A stretch of 58,226 nucleotides of DNA, from the NCBI GenBank assembly GCA_043797665.1, contig JAZDPL010000039.1, positions 1 through 58,226 on the forward strand, read 5' to 3'. Under the pieces are notes generated by a model that was not told where the DNA came from, made no database searches, and saw nothing but the letters and a program-made list of their open reading frames with translations. Positions 56,114 to 58,226 of the stretch are shown one piece after another (the stretch's first letter is position 1; each line of letters begins with the position of its first letter). The DNA is from Candidatus Omnitrophota bacterium (lineage in GTDB: Bacteria; Ratteibacteria; UBA8468; MWAK01). Position numbers and translations under genes: made by a program.

Positions 56114-56896
56114 TTATCCCGGCAGGAAGAGGGTGCCGGTGGTTTCGCCGGCCAGGATGCGGGCAAGGGTTTTTTCTTTTCGGCCGTTGGCGATAACCAT
56201 CACTTTTCCCTCTTCGGTAACGATTTTTGCCGCCTCCAATTTGGTCGCCATCCCGCCGATGGTCTTTTCGGAGTTACTGCCCTTAGCTTCCGCCATAATG
56301 TAAGGCGAGATGGTCCGTACTTCCGGGCAGAGTTTATGGTTCAGATAGAGGCCGTCCACGTCGGAAAGGATAACGAGGAGGTCTGCGGAGACTAATTTCA
56401 GAACCAGGGCGGAGAGGGTGTCATTATCCCCGAACCGTATCTCTTCCACCGCCACCGCATCGTTTTCGTTAATGATGGGTATGACACCCAGGGAAAACAG
56501 TTTTCCCAGAGTATTCCGGGCGTTCCGGTACCGTTCCGGGTCAAGGACGGTGTCCCGGGTCAGAAGAACCTGACCCACTACAAAGCCCTGTTCTTTGAAG
56601 AGCCGTTCGTAGGTACGCATCAGGTTGCTCTGACCGACCGCAGCCGCAGCCTGGAGCGTCGCCACGTCGTTGGGCCGTTCCTTAATCCCTAAACTTTTCA
56701 TCCCGGCCGCAATCGCACCGGAAGTTACCAGAGCAATCTCTCTGTTATTCCGGCGCAGTGCGGCAATCTCCTCCACCAATTCTTCAATGTAAGAGGTATC
56801 CAGGCGGTTGGTGCCGGTAGTGAGAATGCTGGTTCCTACCTTTACGACTAACCGGCGTACTCGGGAAAAGATTTTGGTTCGCTCTTTTTTATCCAT
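56114..56896 (-). CDS. proB: Glutamate 5-kinase (short form, no PUA domain)
   Basis: VVKVGTS, SGAIAAG, AAVGQ, PIINEND, FGDND, SDVDGLY, GGM.TKL.AA. Confidence 0.95.
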   Translation of the reverse strand: MDKKERTKIFSRVRRLVVKVGTSILTTGTNRLDTSYIEELVEEIAALRRNNREIALVTSGAIAAGMKSLGIKERPNDVATLQAAAAVGQSNLMRTYERLFKEQGFVVGQVLLTRDTVLDPERYRNARNTLGKLFSLGVIPIINENDAVAVEEIRFGDNDTLSALVLKLVSADLLVILSDVDGLYLNHKLCPEVRTISPYIMAEAKGSNSEKTIGGMATKLEAAKIVTEEGKVMVIANGRKEKTLARILAGETTGTLFLPG

Positions 56897-56907
56897 TGTT
56901 TATAAGA

Positions 56908-56974
56908 TGTCATTCTGAGTGCAACGAAGAATCTGATTTCAATACGAGACCCTTCACTTCCGTTCAGGGTGACA
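56908..56974. repeat. TGTCATTC-type palindromic doublet
   Basis: TGTCATTCTGAGTGCAACGAAGAATCT...GAGACCCTTCAC..GTTCAGGGTGACA. Confidence 0.8.
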
Positions 56975-56987
56975 GATTATACCGCTT

Positions 56988-58070
56988 TTATATTTCTACG
57001 GGTTGGCCGGTGGCCAGGCTTTCGTGAACCGCGGATGCCATCCGGGTTGCCGCTAAGCCGTCAAAGCCCAAACCGGTGGCGGTCCCGGCCAGGGTTTTGG
57101 CGTCGCCTCCGTTTTTCAGAAACTCCAGGTTTTCTACAAAGTCCGCGATAGACTCTATACCGTAGCCGACCCGAACCTCATTCCCTTTTTTGTCCTTTTT
57201 TTCCTGCATAAAACCTAAGTTATGGGTCTGCATTCCGGAGGAGGTAAAGCAGGTGCGCATTCCCCGGTCCTGGCTGTCCACTTCTGCCACGCCCTTATCA
57301 CCCACCAAGCGGAAGCCCTGGTTGACGACCGCCTCAAACCCTTCCGGAATAATCCAGGAGGTATCAAAGGTTATGGTTGCTCCGCCTTCGAACTCTATCT
57401 TTGCCTGGATGGAATCATAGGTATCTATACCCAAACCGGCCAGGACGTGCTTTATACCGGAGGCATAGACTTTTTTGGGTTCTTTTTTAATAATCCACCG
57501 GATGAGGTCGTAGAAATGGACCCCTAAAAACCAGGCAGGGGAGGAGCGGGGTGCCCAGCCGGGAAACCAGTCCCGCGGTACAAAAATTTTGTCTTCCATA
57601 TGCACGTATCCGTACTGGATTTCGCCAAAGGCGCCTTCCCGGACTAACCTTTCGGTCTCCTGGTGGTAAGGGTCAAACCGTTTGTGGAAGTCAACCTGCA
57701 GGAAAACACGGTTTGCTTCTGCGGCGCTAATGATTTCCTGACAGCCTTCCACGGTAACGTCCAACGGCTTCTCAACCAGTACGTGCTTTTTGGATTTAAC
57801 CGCATCAAGTGCCACCGGGCGGTGGGCAAAGTCCGGGGTGGCGATGGAGACCGCATCTAATTCTTCTTCCGCTAACATCTTTTTGTGGTCAGGGTAGCCT
57901 TTGATTCCAAACCGGGCGGTCTGCGTCTTCAGAATTTCCGGGTTCAGGTCAGCCAGGCCGGCTAATTTTACCCTGCCTTGCCGTTCCAATTGCTTAAAGG
58001 TAATCAGGTGGTTTGTTCCGAACTTCCCACCGCCAATCACCCCTATCCGTAGCATTTCTTTTCCACCCAT
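56988..58070 (-). CDS. Gfo/Idh/MocA-family oxidoreductase
   Basis: IGVIGGG.FG, ATPD..H, VEKP, DFHKRFDP, HFYD; the true start may be 58055. Confidence 0.88.
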   Translation of the reverse strand: MGGKEMLRIGVIGGGKFGTNHLITFKQLERQGRVKLAGLADLNPEILKTQTARFGIKGYPDHKKMLAEEELDAVSIATPDFAHRPVALDAVKSKKHVLVEKPLDVTVEGCQEIISAAEANRVFLQVDFHKRFDPYHQETERLVREGAFGEIQYGYVHMEDKIFVPRDWFPGWAPRSSPAWFLGVHFYDLIRWIIKKEPKKVYASGIKHVLAGLGIDTYDSIQAKIEFEGGATITFDTSWIIPEGFEAVVNQGFRLVGDKGVAEVDSQDRGMRTCFTSSGMQTHNLGFMQEKKDKKGNEVRVGYGIESIADFVENLEFLKNGGDAKTLAGTATGLGFDGLAATRMASAVHESLATGQPVEI

Positions 58071-58143
58071 GGCTTTGTCATTCCGGGTAACAGTTAAGTT
58101 TTCCTAAAAAATAGTAGTGGTAAGAGAGAAAAATACTTTTTGT

Positions 58144-58210
58144 TGTCATTCTGAGCCGCTTTTGCGAAGAATCCCTATTTTGAGATTCTTCACTGTCGTT
58201 CAGAATGACA
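58144..58210. repeat. TGTCATTC-type palindromic doublet
   Basis: TGTCATTCTGAGCC..GCGAAGAATC...GAGATTCTTCACTGTCGTTCAGAATGACA. Confidence 0.82.
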
Positions 58211-58226
58211 GATGAATACAGTATTT

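Noticed and set aside
12502..58210. Palindromic repeats as a CRISPR array or integron attC sites
   Set aside because: They are dispersed rather than regularly spaced, have no unique spacers, no cas or intI gene, and no consistent RYYYAAC/GTTRRRY ends.
10037..58226. Second DGR target (additional VR) in the window
   Set aside because: No other RGGSW...GFR-type ORF end or TR-like sequence was seen; remote targets outside the window remain possible.
1..58226. Prophage, tRNA or rRNA genes
   Set aside because: No phage structural or replication genes, integrase, cloverleaf or rRNA-like sequence was recognised by eye; tRNAscan/Infernal was not run.

Overview
Bacterial chromosomal window, apparently from a carbohydrate-degrading organism; the lineage cannot be determined from sequence alone. 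Core content: sugar-catabolic genes (two GH151/GHL6-like and one GH95 glycosidase, esterases, UxaE, a fucose/arabinose-type isomerase, oxidoreductases, transketolases, six intact plus one broken URO-D/MtaA-like paralogs) and housekeeping genes (fmt, trpB, trpA, trpF, ychF-like, tkt, nagB, rpsA, ispH, plsC, proB). The main discovery is a complete diversity-generating retroelement (DGR) at ~5.4-10.0 kb. Its target is a predicted exported caspase-like protease / CsgG-like / FGE-type C-lectin protein. The variable repeat (7512-7634) differs from the template repeat (8679-8801) at 17 of 123 positions, all at template adenines. Avd, a DGR-type reverse transcriptase and a post-VR hairpin are present, and a toxin-antitoxin pair sits between the target and avd. 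The window also holds several palindromic repeat families: GTAG REP doublets, GTCATTC doublets, a 27-nt CCTG-hairpin micro-element, and tandem 15-nt palindromes. Several copies lie in frame inside genes. Further features are TA-rich micro-islands bounded by duplicated gene ends, and pseudogenes made by clean deletions. No rRNA, tRNA, CRISPR array, integrase or transposase was recognised. All alignments and counts were done by eye.
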